Positions 49,248 to 61,759 of a stretch of 64,000 nt of DNA are shown in pieces. Within the stretch, counting starts at the first letter, position 1. The number at the start of each line of letters is the position of its first letter. Below the pieces are notes generated by a model. The model ran no database searches and was not told the DNA's origin. It saw only the letters and a program-made list of their open reading frames with translations. Source of the stretch: Hypanus sabinus (Eukaryota); contig NC_082715.1 of NCBI RefSeq assembly GCF_030144855.1, forward strand, positions 101,866,001 through 101,930,000, written 5' to 3'. The translations under genes were made by a program, and so were the position numbers.

Positions 49248-50553
49248 TGTAGCAATGTGCTACACACGCAACTAGAAATAACAACATGCAGTCTGTAAGT
49301 TGCACTCCAGGCTAGTTTATTCAAACTTCGCGGCACTGGCTTTTATGCAGTTCCATTCCTCCTGTGCGCGGGCTTTCTCCCCTTGCTGGTGAAGAAGGCA
49401 GCTCACCACCATTTTGGGGCTGGCCTCTCTGCGGACGCAAGCGCCGTTTTGTGAGCCAGTTCACCTGCGTAGAAAGTGGGTCGCCACAGAACCCCCCCCC
49501 CCCCCCCCCCGAACCAGCGATACAATCCCCCCAAAGTCCACAGTCTGGATCAGTCTCTGAGCAGTTTGCCTCTGCGCCGCAGTGCCTGAACCTTGACTGG
49601 CTGCGCCATCCACATGAGCCGGTTTGAGTCAGTCCACCGTGAAAACCTCCTCTTTCCCCCAATATCCAGAGCGTATGTCGACCCGTTGTTACTGATCACC
49701 CTGAACAGCCCCTCATACGACCACTGTGGCGGTGCCTGGTGTGTGCCCCTTTGTACAAACACAAACTTACAGTTCTGCCGGTCTTTGGGTACATGGGTCG
49801 GGGTCCGTCCGTGCTGTGAAGTTGGTACGGGGGCCAGGTTGCCAAGCCTTTCGCATAGTCTGTCCAGGACTGCTGCGAGTTCTTCCTCTTGCCCTTTTGG
49901 TGCTGATATGAACTCTCCTGGGACAACCAGGGGCGTGCCGTACACCAACTCGGCCGATGAGGTGTGCAGATCCTCTTTAGGCGCTGTACCAATTCCAAGC
50001 AGGACCCAGGGAAGCTCGTCCACCTAGTTAAGCCCTTTCAGGTGGGCCATGAGAGCCGACTTCAAGTGATGGTGGAAGCGTTGTAGACCACAGGCTAGAG
50101 GTGAACTGGGCTGAATATCTGCCGAATCTGGCACTGGGTTTCTGCTTGGTCAAACCAAATGCCTGGTCGCAGCGTCCAGAAAGTTGGCAGTTTTAGCGAA
50201 ACTGCATGATCGGATGAAGAGTCGATCATCTTTGGTCCAAGTTCCGTTTGGACCATTGGGGTCACCAATGTAGTGATGTGCTACACACACAGCTAGAAAT
50301 AACGATACGCAGCCGGTAAGTTGCACTCCAGACCAGCTTATTCAAACTTTGGCACTGGCTTTTACGCAGTTCCGTTCCCGCCCTCTCTGGGTGGAAATGA
50401 TGTCAGAGGTGCAGTACAAAAGTCTCTTCCCGCGCACGGACTTTCTGTCCTTGCTGGTGAAGAAGGCTCAGTGCCATTTTAGGGCTGGCCTCTCTGCTGA
50501 CGCTTGCGCCATTTTGTGAGCCGGTTCGCCTGCGTAGAAAGTGGGTCACCACA
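49248..50553 (-). mobile_element. Internally deleted Ty3/Gypsy LTR retrotransposon (CsRn1-like)
   Basis: LTRs 49248-49488 and 50269-50553 (TG...CA); 4-bp TSD GTAT; PBS TGGTGACCCC (complementary to the tRNA-Trp 3' end); poly-G PPT. Gag start AVSLKLPTFW..WFDQAE is fused to an integrase C-terminus (DELPWVLLGI.TAPKEDL). Confidence 0.93.
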
Positions 50554-53500
50554 GTATGAAACCAGCACATTTGAGAAGGATTGCAGATATAGGCAATCTT
50601 TGCAATAAAAAATTGCGCTAGGTTAGAGGCAGATTCTCTTCTGAAATTAAAGAGGGTATTGAAAGTGTGTCCTCTCCCTCTGGCTATATCTTACTTGATG
50701 TCGGACCACCTGGTGCTGATAATGGACGCTCGAAACTGGAGTTTCTTTGTTCTCAGCTTTGACAGCCTTTATAAGACCATAAGACATAGCAGAATTAGTA
50801 CATTTGGGCCAGCAAGTCTATACCAATCCATCATCACTGATATACTATCCCTCCCAACTCCATTCTCTTGCCTTCTCCCCATAACCCTCGACACCCTCAC
50901 CAGTCAACCTCCACTTTAAATGCACCTCGTGACTCCACAACCACCTGTGGCAGTGAATTCCACAGATCCATTACCATCTGGCTAAAGAAATTCCTTCACA
51001 TCTCTGATCAATAAGGCTGTGCCCTCTGGTCCTGGACTCCCCTACAATAGGAAACATCCTCTCCATGCTCACTGTAACTTGACCTTTCAGTATTTGATAG
51101 GTTTCAGTGAGAGAGGCAGAATTGTTTCTGGAATTGGAGTGGGTATTCAAAGCATGTTCTTTCCCTCTGGCTACATGTTATCTGAAGTAGGAATGTGCTG
51201 ATGCTGGATACTTAAAACCCAACGGTCTCTCTTCTCAGCATTGACAACTTTGATCCTGATGAGCACAAACAATTAAGACTAATACATTAACTGCAGCGGA
51301 TTATTTAATTCACGAAATTGTGAAACCATTATATTGCTTTCATAATAATCATATTAAGCAGTTTATACACAACAGACAGCTTCTGCCCCTCTCTCATCGC
51401 CAAATTCCATGACCATGTTGTGGACTGGCGAATTCATGATCACCTAGCCCAAAGCTCTCCTCCTCCACCTCGCAGCATTGTGTAAAACCAGCTCTGACAA
51501 AGTTCATGAACAACAATCTTATTGTAACTCTTTTGCCACCTTTGTTGTGGAAGCCTGTTCCAGCCCCTCAGGAGCATCCCCATCAGTTTCCAGCCAAAGG
51601 TCACTGCACTCACCTGGTTCTATTCTTGACTGTCTCTGGTCATGAGAAGGAAATCACCAGTAAAGGCTTCTCTTTAGCTCTGTCATTACTTGTAAAATCT
51701 CCGTTGAATTTACTCCATTGTCCTGCTCTTCAACAAAATCTGAAAACATAGGTTCCGTGCTTTGGAAATAAAATGATGACACTCGGCTTTTCTTCGCCAT
51801 CACCTTTGATTACTGACTCTAAACCATCAGCCAGTTCACATAAGGTCCTGCCCTAAATGAACAAAACTCTCTTTTAATTGAACGCTGGCAAGATTGTCGG
51901 AGAGTGCAGTAGTGTACCAGTTTGCGCAATCATTTTACCAAGCCAATGATCATCAATTGGGTTTTAATTCCACCGCTCTCTCTAAGCATTTTGTACGTTC
52001 TCCCCGAGACTGCACGGGTTTCCTCCCACGTTCCCGAGCTGTCCAGTTAGGTTGGAGAGTTGTGGGCATGTTGGTGCTGGAAGCCTGGCAGCCCCTACCA
52101 TTTTCAATGTACATATCACAAGTAATAAAACTATTCTTAATGAAAGCCATCATTGTCATTCTCTATCCCAAGCTCTATTCTTTAACATGTGTCTCTATCT
52201 TCATTAAGGTAACTGTCTGAGTCAGACAGTTGGTAAACTAAGCATCACATTGACTCTTGAGTTGATCTTTTGACCACGGAAGACCTTCTAAGCTTAACAG
52301 CCACCCTGTCGTCCCTCCATCTGTGCCATGAATCACCCCAGGAGGAGGCAATTTCACCCATCAAGTGTGTAATGGCTCTTTTTAGGGCAACCCAATCAGT
52401 CCCTTTTCCCCTGTGGTCATGCAAAATTATTTTCTGCTCGTTGCCAATCCAGTGTTTTTATTGTGCTTCCAGGCTGGTGTTCCGGATCTCCATTCTCTTC
52501 CACAGCCATTGTGTTGGAGCGATCTATCTATTTTCTGTCTTTGTTGTATTTGTTGGTCCATTTATTATGGGAATCTCATGGGAGTGGGGATGTGGTGGAA
52601 GCAAGCAAGTAGAGTTGCATGTTCACTCTTAGTCAGTTACTCTAGTTGAGTGGGAGCAAGTCGGGGGGATATGATTTTTTTTGATAGCTGTTAATTGGGA
52701 TGTTATTGGAACATTAGCTAGATGGCTAACTTCGCAATTTCACTAACTTTGCTTAGCTACACTAATATCACTATTAGGCCACTAATTAGACTTTTATATT
52801 GCTTATTTAGTTTTGTTCATTTTTTTATTGCTATAAAATCATTCATCTTATCTGGTTTGCAATAAAGGATTGAGCGTAATTTTCTCAATGTGGAGATTTG
52901 TTATTTGGAAGTGCATCATGGAGTGTCGAGTGCCCTGGCTTGGTCTCTCAGTGGTTTCAGTTTATTTTCAAGTAACTGCTACATTTTGTCAATAAAAAAA
53001 AATCATACCAAATGACGACCAATCTACTGCAAAGGTTTGCCTTGGACCTGAAACAGACACAGGAGCAGCATGCAGTAGGATTATCTGCAACCTTTTGTTG
53101 CTTGATGCTGGTTTTTTGTGGTTTAAACACAGTTTTGAATGGCCAGCATTGCCCGTCCATTGTAGACTGTTGTACGATCCATAGTGCTACCTAAAGTTTC
53201 ATCACTTTGTTTTATCGAGGTGCTGAAATATTATGTTTGCCAACGTTTGAATTGAAGGCTTTCTTTTCGGTCTGGTTTAACTGCTGTGGATGCGTGCTCA
53301 GTTTGTTTGTTGACTACGTTTATTGAATCGAATATCACTGGTGCTGTGGGTGAACAAAGAATTAATTACAAGTTGCACAACTAGAGAAAGTAACATGAGT
53401 GTATCAAACTATGAAATTGGCGGCAATGACTCTGCAGTTGGGGCTTGCAAAAGAGAAATTAAAGTTTAAGTTAACCACTGCACATTGCATGATTATTGCT

Positions 53501-55771
53501 TTTGAATCTATTGTCCTGATCCTTGGAACAGCTTATCTTTTACACCTTCTAAACCTGTGTTTTAGCTTTTGCATTCCTGCGCACTCTGATTTTACATGGG
53601 TTCTTGCTGCCACAGGAGATATTCACTGCATTGGATTAGACACAATGCAAGGCTTTTTGAAGTAAAAGAATAGTGGGATATCCATCCTCTCTGCTATGTT
53701 TTAAACACTTAACAAGTTTCAACTGCCAGGGCTGGTTCACTGTTTGGAGATTTTTATGTCTAGCATGTTTTGTATTTAGGGTTGTTAAACTAACCCTTAG
53801 CCTTCATTGAAATCTATGAGATGGGGCCTCTTTTTCCAGTTTCATTTTTATCTGCTTTCTTTGTTCATGTTAATTGGAGAAAAATCAAGATTCTGGTGAT
53901 TCAGAACAACTGAAGGGAGTATCTTGTGTATCAAGGCAACAGTACTGTAGTCCTTTGAAGGGTTGAGTGGTAGACCTGGCTTTGCCAGAGATGTCCTCAG
54001 TCCACTTGAAACAATTGTACAGAGCTGGAGTAGTTCGCAGAGGAGTTGTTGAGCAGAGTTTACTTCAGTAGTTTAGTATCAGAAAACCAGTTGAAATTTT
54101 TAAAAAAGACTAATTTTCTGACATAGAATGGGATGTATTTTCCTTTTCTGTCATTCATCTTCTACCTACATGGCCATTTCCTTACCTACTCTGTGAGGAG
54201 AAGACTGATGGAAATTTCCTTGCTGGAAATTCTGTTTTTTTTTCCTCACAAAACAATTGCAGGTCTCTAGGCAGGATAAGTTATGGTTAATTCCTGCTGA
54301 TACCATGATAACAGCATGAAAATTAAGAATTGATGAATATTAAGAATTGAGCTTCCCCTTATCAACCGACCTGTTTGTTACCTCTTAAGATGTGAAGTTA
54401 ACTTTCTGCTGGTGCAGAGTGCCGGTAATGTCTCCTATATGGTCCCTGCCAGATATAACTGTATCTGTAAAGAGTGTGTTGTTGCCCCGTTAATGTGTTC
54501 TTTGTAATGTGTGTTTAAAATGTGGAGTATTCATTTGACTCCAATGAACATAATTAACTTGTTTTGTTCAAACAGCTGAACCTATATTTGTAGCCTAGGA
54601 TAATGTGCATCACTACGTAATATCAGTATCATATGTCATGTTATCCTTTTCAGACATCAGCTTTATGTTGTATTTTAATTTTTTTATTATATTTGAGTAA
54701 AAGAGGAAGGGTAACAATTTAATTACAAGAAACAAAAACAATCCTGTGTTAATTATTTTCCTCCTGCGTGATTGTAGTATTGTCAGCAGAGAAGACAGAT
54801 GATTTGGTTGTGCATTGTTCACCACCAAAACGATATGTATCATTTTGCTTCAAATAGAACTTCCTTGATTCATCCAAAATGGTAGCTAAATTACTCCATA
54901 TTAAACAGTCTTTTCTCTTCAAACTTTCAGTTATCTCTTGGGTAGTGCCAAGTTTAATCCTGAACTTGAGTGCTGTCTATGTTGAGTTTGCTCCCGCTGT
55001 GACAATGTGGGTTTCACCCAGGTACCACAGTTTCCTCCCACATCACAAAGACATGCAGGTTGGGAAGTTAATTGCTCAGTGTAAGAATGTAGAGTTGAAT
55101 GGTAAAATGTGGGTGCAGTTGATAAGAATGTGGGGGAGAATGAAAACGGCACTATAATATGACTTATATATAAATAAAATTTTCCACTTTAATGCTCATT
55201 CTCACTCCCTTTCTATCTGTGGCCTTCTCCAGTGAGGGCCAATGCAAATGAGAAATCAGCATGTTATCTTCTGCCTAAACGCTTTGCAGCTAACTGGGCT
55301 GAGCACTCTGAATTTCTCAACACAAGCCTTCCTGCAGGTGCTGGAAATCCAGAGTAACACACACACAAAAAGGTGGAGGGACTCAGCAGGTCAGAAGCAT
55401 CTATATAGGAGAATAAACGGTCCATGTTTCAGGCTGAGGCCTTTCATCAGAACCCTTTATCAATGACTTTATCAACTTTAGGTAAGGCGTCAAGCTTATG
55501 ACCCTTTCTCAACCCAAGCTCTTACAAATACATTGCTAATGCTCATTTGTCATGCTCCATTTCACTTGATTTGCCTTAGTCAAATCTCCATTTTGTTTTA
55601 CATTTTGCTCCTCCCTCAAAAGGTCCGCTTTGAAAACTGTAAACCCTCCACACCATCCCCAGATCTGAGGAAGGGTGATTGGGCTGTTTCCATGAATGTT
55701 GCTGGACAGGCTGAGTTCTTGTAGCATTTTGTTGTTCAGATTCCTACATCAACAGTTTCATTTGTTTTCCA

Positions 55772-56000
55772 TTGGGATTAGCATAGTGGTTAGCACAATA
55801 CAGTACAGGTGACCCGGGTTCAAGTTCCGCTACTGCCTGTAAGGAGTTTGTATGTTCTCCCCGTGACTGTGTGCATTTTGGCTGGGTGCTCCTGTTTGCT
55901 CCCACAGTCCAAAGATAGGTTAATAGGTCGTTATAAATTATCCTATGATTGCTGGGCAGTGTGGCTTGAATGGCCAGAAGGGCCTGTTCCACACTGTATA
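55772..56000 (+). mobile_element. tRNA-derived V-SINE (HE1-like); other copies at ~11620-11903(-), 34620-34810(-), 41200-41400(+), 47020-47280(+), 51960-52080(+), 54940-55140(+)
   Basis: A box tagcatagtggttagc, B box ggttcaagttcc, V-domain ttctccccgtg...cccacagtccaaaga. Confidence 0.8.
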
Positions 56001-56339
56001 TCATTAGGTAGATGAATGAATGTAAAATTTGTGTCAACGGTTGGTTGGTACAGATGGAGTGGGCTGAACTGCCTGATTCCATGCTGCGTCTTTCTATGAC
56101 TTGACCGTATGACTGTGTATAGCGGCTGTGCAGTGATGCAGAAGTGTCCATGTTTTGGGATCCTTACACTTGTATAGCACTTTTCATTAAATTTCAAACT
56201 ACCCCAGAAGGTCGTTTATCGTCAATGGCATAGACCTGAGGTGTAATAACTTTTGTTGGGCAATGTTTCACTACTTAACCATCACATTTGGAGAGGTAAC
56301 AATTCAGGATGCAAGAATAAAGTGAAAGAAGACTATTAG

Positions 56340-57065
56340 ATGTAGGAGCAGAATGAGGCCATTTTGCCCATCGAGTCAGCTCTGCTGTTTCATCATGGCT
56401 AATCCAATTTTCGTCCCAGCTCCAATCTCCTGCCTTCTCCCCATAATCTTTCATGCCCTGACTGATTGTGAATCTACCAACCTCTGCCTTCATATGCATA
56501 AAGACTTGGCCTTCACAGTTGCCTGTGGCAAAGAATTCCATAGATTCACCACTCTCTGGCTAATGAAATTCCTCATCTCTGTTCTCAAAGGATGCCCATC
56601 TATTCTGAGGCTGTGGCCTCTGTTCTTAGATGCTCCTACCATAGGAAACATCTTCTCTTCATCCACTCTATCAAGGCCTTTCACCATTTGATAGGCTTCA
56701 ATGAGGTCACCCCTCGTTCTTCCGAATTCCAGTGAATACAGGCCCAGAACCATCAAACATGCTTCATATGACAAGCCACTCAATCCTGGAATAATTTTCA
56801 TGAATCTCCTTTGAACCCTTTCCAGTTTCAGCACATCCTTTCTAAGGTAAGGGGCACAGAACTGCTCACAATACTCCAAGTGAGGCCTCACCAGTGCTTT
56901 ATAAAGTCTCAACATTACATCCTCAACATGTATGATACTTTGTCAAAGGCCTTCTGAAAATCCAAGTACACAACATCAACTGATTCTGCTTTGTCCATTC
57001 TGCTTGTCACTCCTTCAAAGAATTCCAACAGGTTTGTCAAGCAAAGTGTTCCCTTGAGGAAACCT
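56340..57065 (-). mobile_element. CR1 LINE 3' remnant with internal deletion
   Basis: VVYLDFQKAFDKV lies next to LYKALVRPHLEYC...QRVVNLWNSLP. Confidence 0.9.
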
Positions 57066-57719
57066 ATTTTATCATATAAGCACAAGAGATTCTGCAGATG
57101 CTGGAAATCCAGAGTAACACACACAAAATACTGGAGAAACTCAGCAGGTCAGGCACCATCAATGAAAATGAATAAAAAATTGAAGTTTTGGGCCAGAACC
57201 CTTTTCGGAAGGATGTAGTTTGATGACAGTCTGATCTTCAATAACCACCTATTTTTTGGGGCAAGTCTAGCAGAATGAGTCCTTCCCTCCTGTGTATTAC
57301 CACCACCATGCTAAGTAATTAAGTGGCATCTTAGGCCTAGATATCATTGGATTGTGTTCCTTAGCAATCTGTAACCATGTTGTCCCTTGGGGTAGGGCAC
57401 AGTGGCACATGGAAGAATAGACCAGGTGGGTACAAACACTGGTGGCCAGAGCAAGTAGAGACAGCCTTGCTAATCTCAGTGACATATTTGTAAGGGTGTG
57501 AATGTCCAGGAAGGGGAAGGGAAAGTTTATTCCCATATGGTCTGCTTCCTGACAAAGTGTTCTGAGAGCACATGCAGAACTTTTTGACAATGCTCTTGAT
57601 CCAGTCGCGGGTACTACTCAACTCTGTCATCACCCAGTATGAGACAGTGAGGATTTCCACTCTGATGAGAGCAGGCGATTGATTGCCAGACCGTCTGCTG
57701 CTCCACTGGTCCAGGACAA

Positions 57720-59815
57720 CCAATGATGTTGCGACCTAGCAGTCTATTTTGTTGGTGCTGTGCCATCTGTGGCCGTCAATGAGAGAGTGGAAATCTCTGT
57801 TGCAAAGGTCGCATCTATAGTTGGTGTCAGCTCTGCTTTCTATGGGCCTGCTGTCACTTCCCGGAACTTTTCCTTGCCTGACTTAAGGTATTGTTTCTAG
57901 GTGCTCCTCCACCTGGTGCAGATGACTGCAAGTCCCTCCCAGGGCTCAATGTTGACATCCAGTGCAGGATATCCTGCTTGCAGGCACCCTTGGAGCGCAG
58001 TTGCAGGCAGTCAGTGGGACTCATGCTTGAAGCCAGCTCACTGTAGAGGATGTCTTTTGGGATGTGGCGGACGTGGCCCAGCCAGTCTAGCCTGCGCTAG
58101 GGAGGCCGATACGAGAGTGAACCTTAGTGTTCAGTACTCTTTCTCTCCAGAAAATGCCCAAGGTGCGACTAAGGCACCTTAAACGGAAGGTGTTGAGCCT
58201 TCTCTCCTGCTTAGGCTATGTTGTCCAGGTCTCGCTGCCATGCAGCAGTGTGCTGGTGTCTTGGAGGTTATCAGAGAGGCCAGTCATCATTGTCTGAACA
58301 TTCCGACATCCCAGTTTTAGAGCTGGTCTCCTTCGTTTTGTTGTCTTGCCTGGTGCAGTGTTTTCGGCCTGCGGTTTGTATAGTGCCTAGTGCCTAGCCC
58401 CATGCACACAATGAGGAAGGCAAACCTTGGCGGGACAGCAGCTTTTTGTCTGGGGCATGCCTAACTGTCTAGTGAAATCTTAGAATCTCTTCCACCGTCG
58501 GAAGCAAACCCTGGTGCCACGCTCTATGTCAGATGAGCATAGTGGCTTACAACCAGTAACTCTGCTTCCCGTGTTGTGTTAATGCCAGACCAGGATAATA
58601 TGGAGAGCAGGCTCCTTCTCTCCACAAAGGAACAGCAGAGACTGATACAGTTTGGCAACAGTGGCGTTGCAGGAGTTGCCGGTCAGAATCAGAATCCGGT
58701 TTATTAGCACCAACATGTGACATGAGATTTGTTAACTTAGCAGCAGCAGTTCAATCCAATACATAATCTAGCAGTGAGAGAAAAATAAATATAATAATAA
58801 TAATAAATAAAATAAAAATAATAAATAAGTAAATCAATTACAGTATATTGAATAGATTAAAAAATTGTGCAAAAAACAGAAATACTATATATTTTTTTAA
58901 AAGTGAGGTAGCGTCCAAAGATTCAATGACCATTTAGGAAGCAGGTGGCAGAGGGGAAGAAGCTGTTCCTGAATTGCTGAGTGTGTGCCTTCAGGCTTCT
59001 GTACCTCCTACCTGATGGTAACAGTGAGAAAAGGGCATGCCCTGGGTGCTGGAGGTCCTTAATAATGGACACTGCCTTTCTGAGACACCACTCCTTAAAG
59101 ATGTCTTGGGTACTTTGTAGGCTGGTACCCAAGATGGAGCTGACTAAAATTACAACCCTCCGCAGCTTCTTTCGGTCTTGTGCAGTAGCCCCTCCGTACC
59201 AGACAGTGATGCAGCCTGTCAGAATGCTCTCCACAGTACAACGATAGAAGTTTTTGATTATATTTGTTGACATGCCAAATCGCTTCAAACTCCTAATGAA
59301 GTATACCTGCTGTCTTGTCTTCTTTGTAACTGCATCGAAATGTTGGGACCAGGTTAGATCCTCAGAGATCTTGACACCCAGGAACTTGAAACTGCTCATT
59401 CTCTCCACTTCAGATCCCTCTATGAGGATTGGTACGTGTTCCTTTGTCTTACCCTTCCCAAAGTCCACAGTCGGCTCTTTCGTCTTACTGACGAATGCCA
59501 GGTTGTTGCTGCGGCACCATTCCACTAATTGGCATATCTCACTCCTGTATGCCTTCTCGTCACCACCTGAGATTCTACCAACAATAGTTGTACCGTCAAC
59601 AAATTTAAATATGGTATTTGAGCTATGCCTAGCCACAGAGTCATGTGTATATAGAGAGTAGAGCAGTGGGCTAGGCACACACCCCTGAGGTGTGCCAGTG
59701 TTGATCGTCAGTGAGGTGGATATGTTATCATCAATCTGCACAGATTGTGGTCTTCCAGATAAGAAGTCAGCTTAGGACTGAACTCAGCATAGGACTGCTT
59801 TAGGAACTCCAGCTG
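57720..59815 (-). mobile_element. Internally deleted RTE-clade LINE, interrupted by a Rex1-like insertion
   Basis: Minus strand: ORF start RRPALKLGCRNVQTMMTGLSDNLQD joins directly to STLLHGSETW, then a C-terminal CDLCNRDFHS motif. The 5' UTR continues at 59766-59815. Confidence 0.8.
58687..59765 (-). mobile_element. Young 5'-truncated Rex1/Babar-like LINE (272-aa open RT C-terminus)
   Basis: ORF 58923-59741 (GTPQGCVPSPLLYSLYTHD, FKFVDGTT, NSFFPSA); (CTGATT)n tail; GTCAG direct repeat at both junctions. Confidence 0.9.
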
Positions 59816-61759
59816 ATTCTGATTCCGGAGATCCTTCATCACCTAACGTTGCATGCATTCTTCATGGCCATGTCATGGACCCGAACACCTTAGCTCAGGG
59901 GTTCCCAGCCGGAGGTCCACATACCTCTCCGTTAATGGTAGGGCTCCATGGCATAAAAATGATCGGGAGCCCCCACTTTAGATACTTTATCAATGACCTT
60001 CCTTCCATCACTCCTTTAGAAATGAAGTTGATGATTGTACAGCATTTAATTTCATTAGCAACTGCGCGGACGACTAAACAAGAATTAAACAATTTTCAGG
60101 ATTGGAATGACAAGTGGCAAAAATAATTTGCATCATACAAGGGCCAGGCAGTGGCTAACTGAACAAAATGGAGCGGAGCCACCACCCCTTCATCTCGTGT
60201 TATATTTGTTGTTGAATGACTACCCCTTGGGAGAAGTCTCTGTTGATCTGAATCTGGACTGAACCAGACATTTCTTTAAAAACTGTGGCTATGAGGTTCG
60301 ATCAGAGGTTCAGCTTTCTGAGATGATTGATTCTCCTCTGATGTTGTAGAGGCCCTTTTATCAAGTACATGGCATGGTTAAATCAATGATATAGATAATT
60401 GCAGCTCCAGTAACACTGGAGCTTGATGCTACCTGAACTAAGCAGCCAACTTGAACACACCACCATTCCGTCCTCTCTCTCACGCTCTTTTCATGACTAA
60501 CATGTAGATGCAGTGTACTGCATCTGGAAAATGTAGTGCAGCAGTCCATCAAGATCTTTTCAACATTATTTCCCAAACAAATTGTTATTGTCATAGGAGA
60601 AGCAGGACAGAAGAGACATGAGGACACAGCCACCCTCAAGTTTTTTGCTGCATGGCACGTAGCTATATGGGTTATATTGGGTTAAAGCACAGGCCAAATA
60701 CTTCCTCCCAGGGTCAAAATACTGTACATTATTACCTAAAGCAGCCATTGGAGTATTTTCACCATATAAACAGCAGTGATTCATAAACAATGTCAGACCA
60801 TGGGCCCTGGGGTTAACTGAGATGGCTGAGAGGAATGTGAGACAGAGGGGCAGGAGGGGGTTAGTGAGAAGTTTTATATTGTCAGGGCTTTTCTTCCTGT
60901 CCAAACCATTCAGTGCCCCAGTTCATTGATGACCTGAACTCTGTCTGATGTATCATTATTAATGTATTAAACCATTGCTGAAAGCACGTAGCTATTTTGT
61001 ACACCCGCTCCACTAAATGTATCAAATGGGTGAGGTGTGTGAAAAGAATACTGTAATGACTCCTATTTTTATTTTCTAGGGAAGAAAGAGGGAACTCATG
61101 ACAGGCAGAATATTTTGCATGTCACAAATCCAAGTGAGATAGCAAACAAATGGGAATGTGAATGAATGTTTTAAATTAATAATTGCAGTTTTTTGAGATT
61201 CCATTTTGATAGCTTGATAAGGAGGAGACACAGAAATGTGAGCAACATGTGGGGCACAGACACGGTGGGCTAAAGGTTGCTGTACAACATTATTATGTTG
61301 CTTTGAATTTTTTTTCGACCTGAGGGTTTCTCCTGCTAGAAGAGGAAGGCAAAACCTGTTGATAGACATCTTATTTGAAGCCTTGCTGTCATAACTAAGG
61401 TGAAGTTTAGTTCAGTCAAGTCAACTGCTTTTCTTCTCCTGAAGACCATAGTGCTTTCATTCACATATTGAATAATGTCTTAAGCAGTTTTAAATTGCTT
61501 AAGACAACATTCAGTATAGGAAACCAAAGTATTGTAAATGCTGAAGTTCATAAAGAAATCTTGGAAAGTGAAACGGAAGAGATGAAAATTCCTTTAGAGT
61601 TGTGTGTTTGTCAGCTGCCAGCTGTACCACCTCTTCATGCTCTATTCTAACACTAAATTTAAAGTAAGTTTATTATCGAAGTGCATTATATCACCCTGAG
61701 ATTCACTTTCTTGCAGGCACACTCAATAAATCTACAATAGAATAACTACTGTAATCATT

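Noticed and set aside
55772-55835. tRNA gene
   Set aside because: The A/B boxes belong to a V-SINE head followed by the SINE body; no cloverleaf or terminator.
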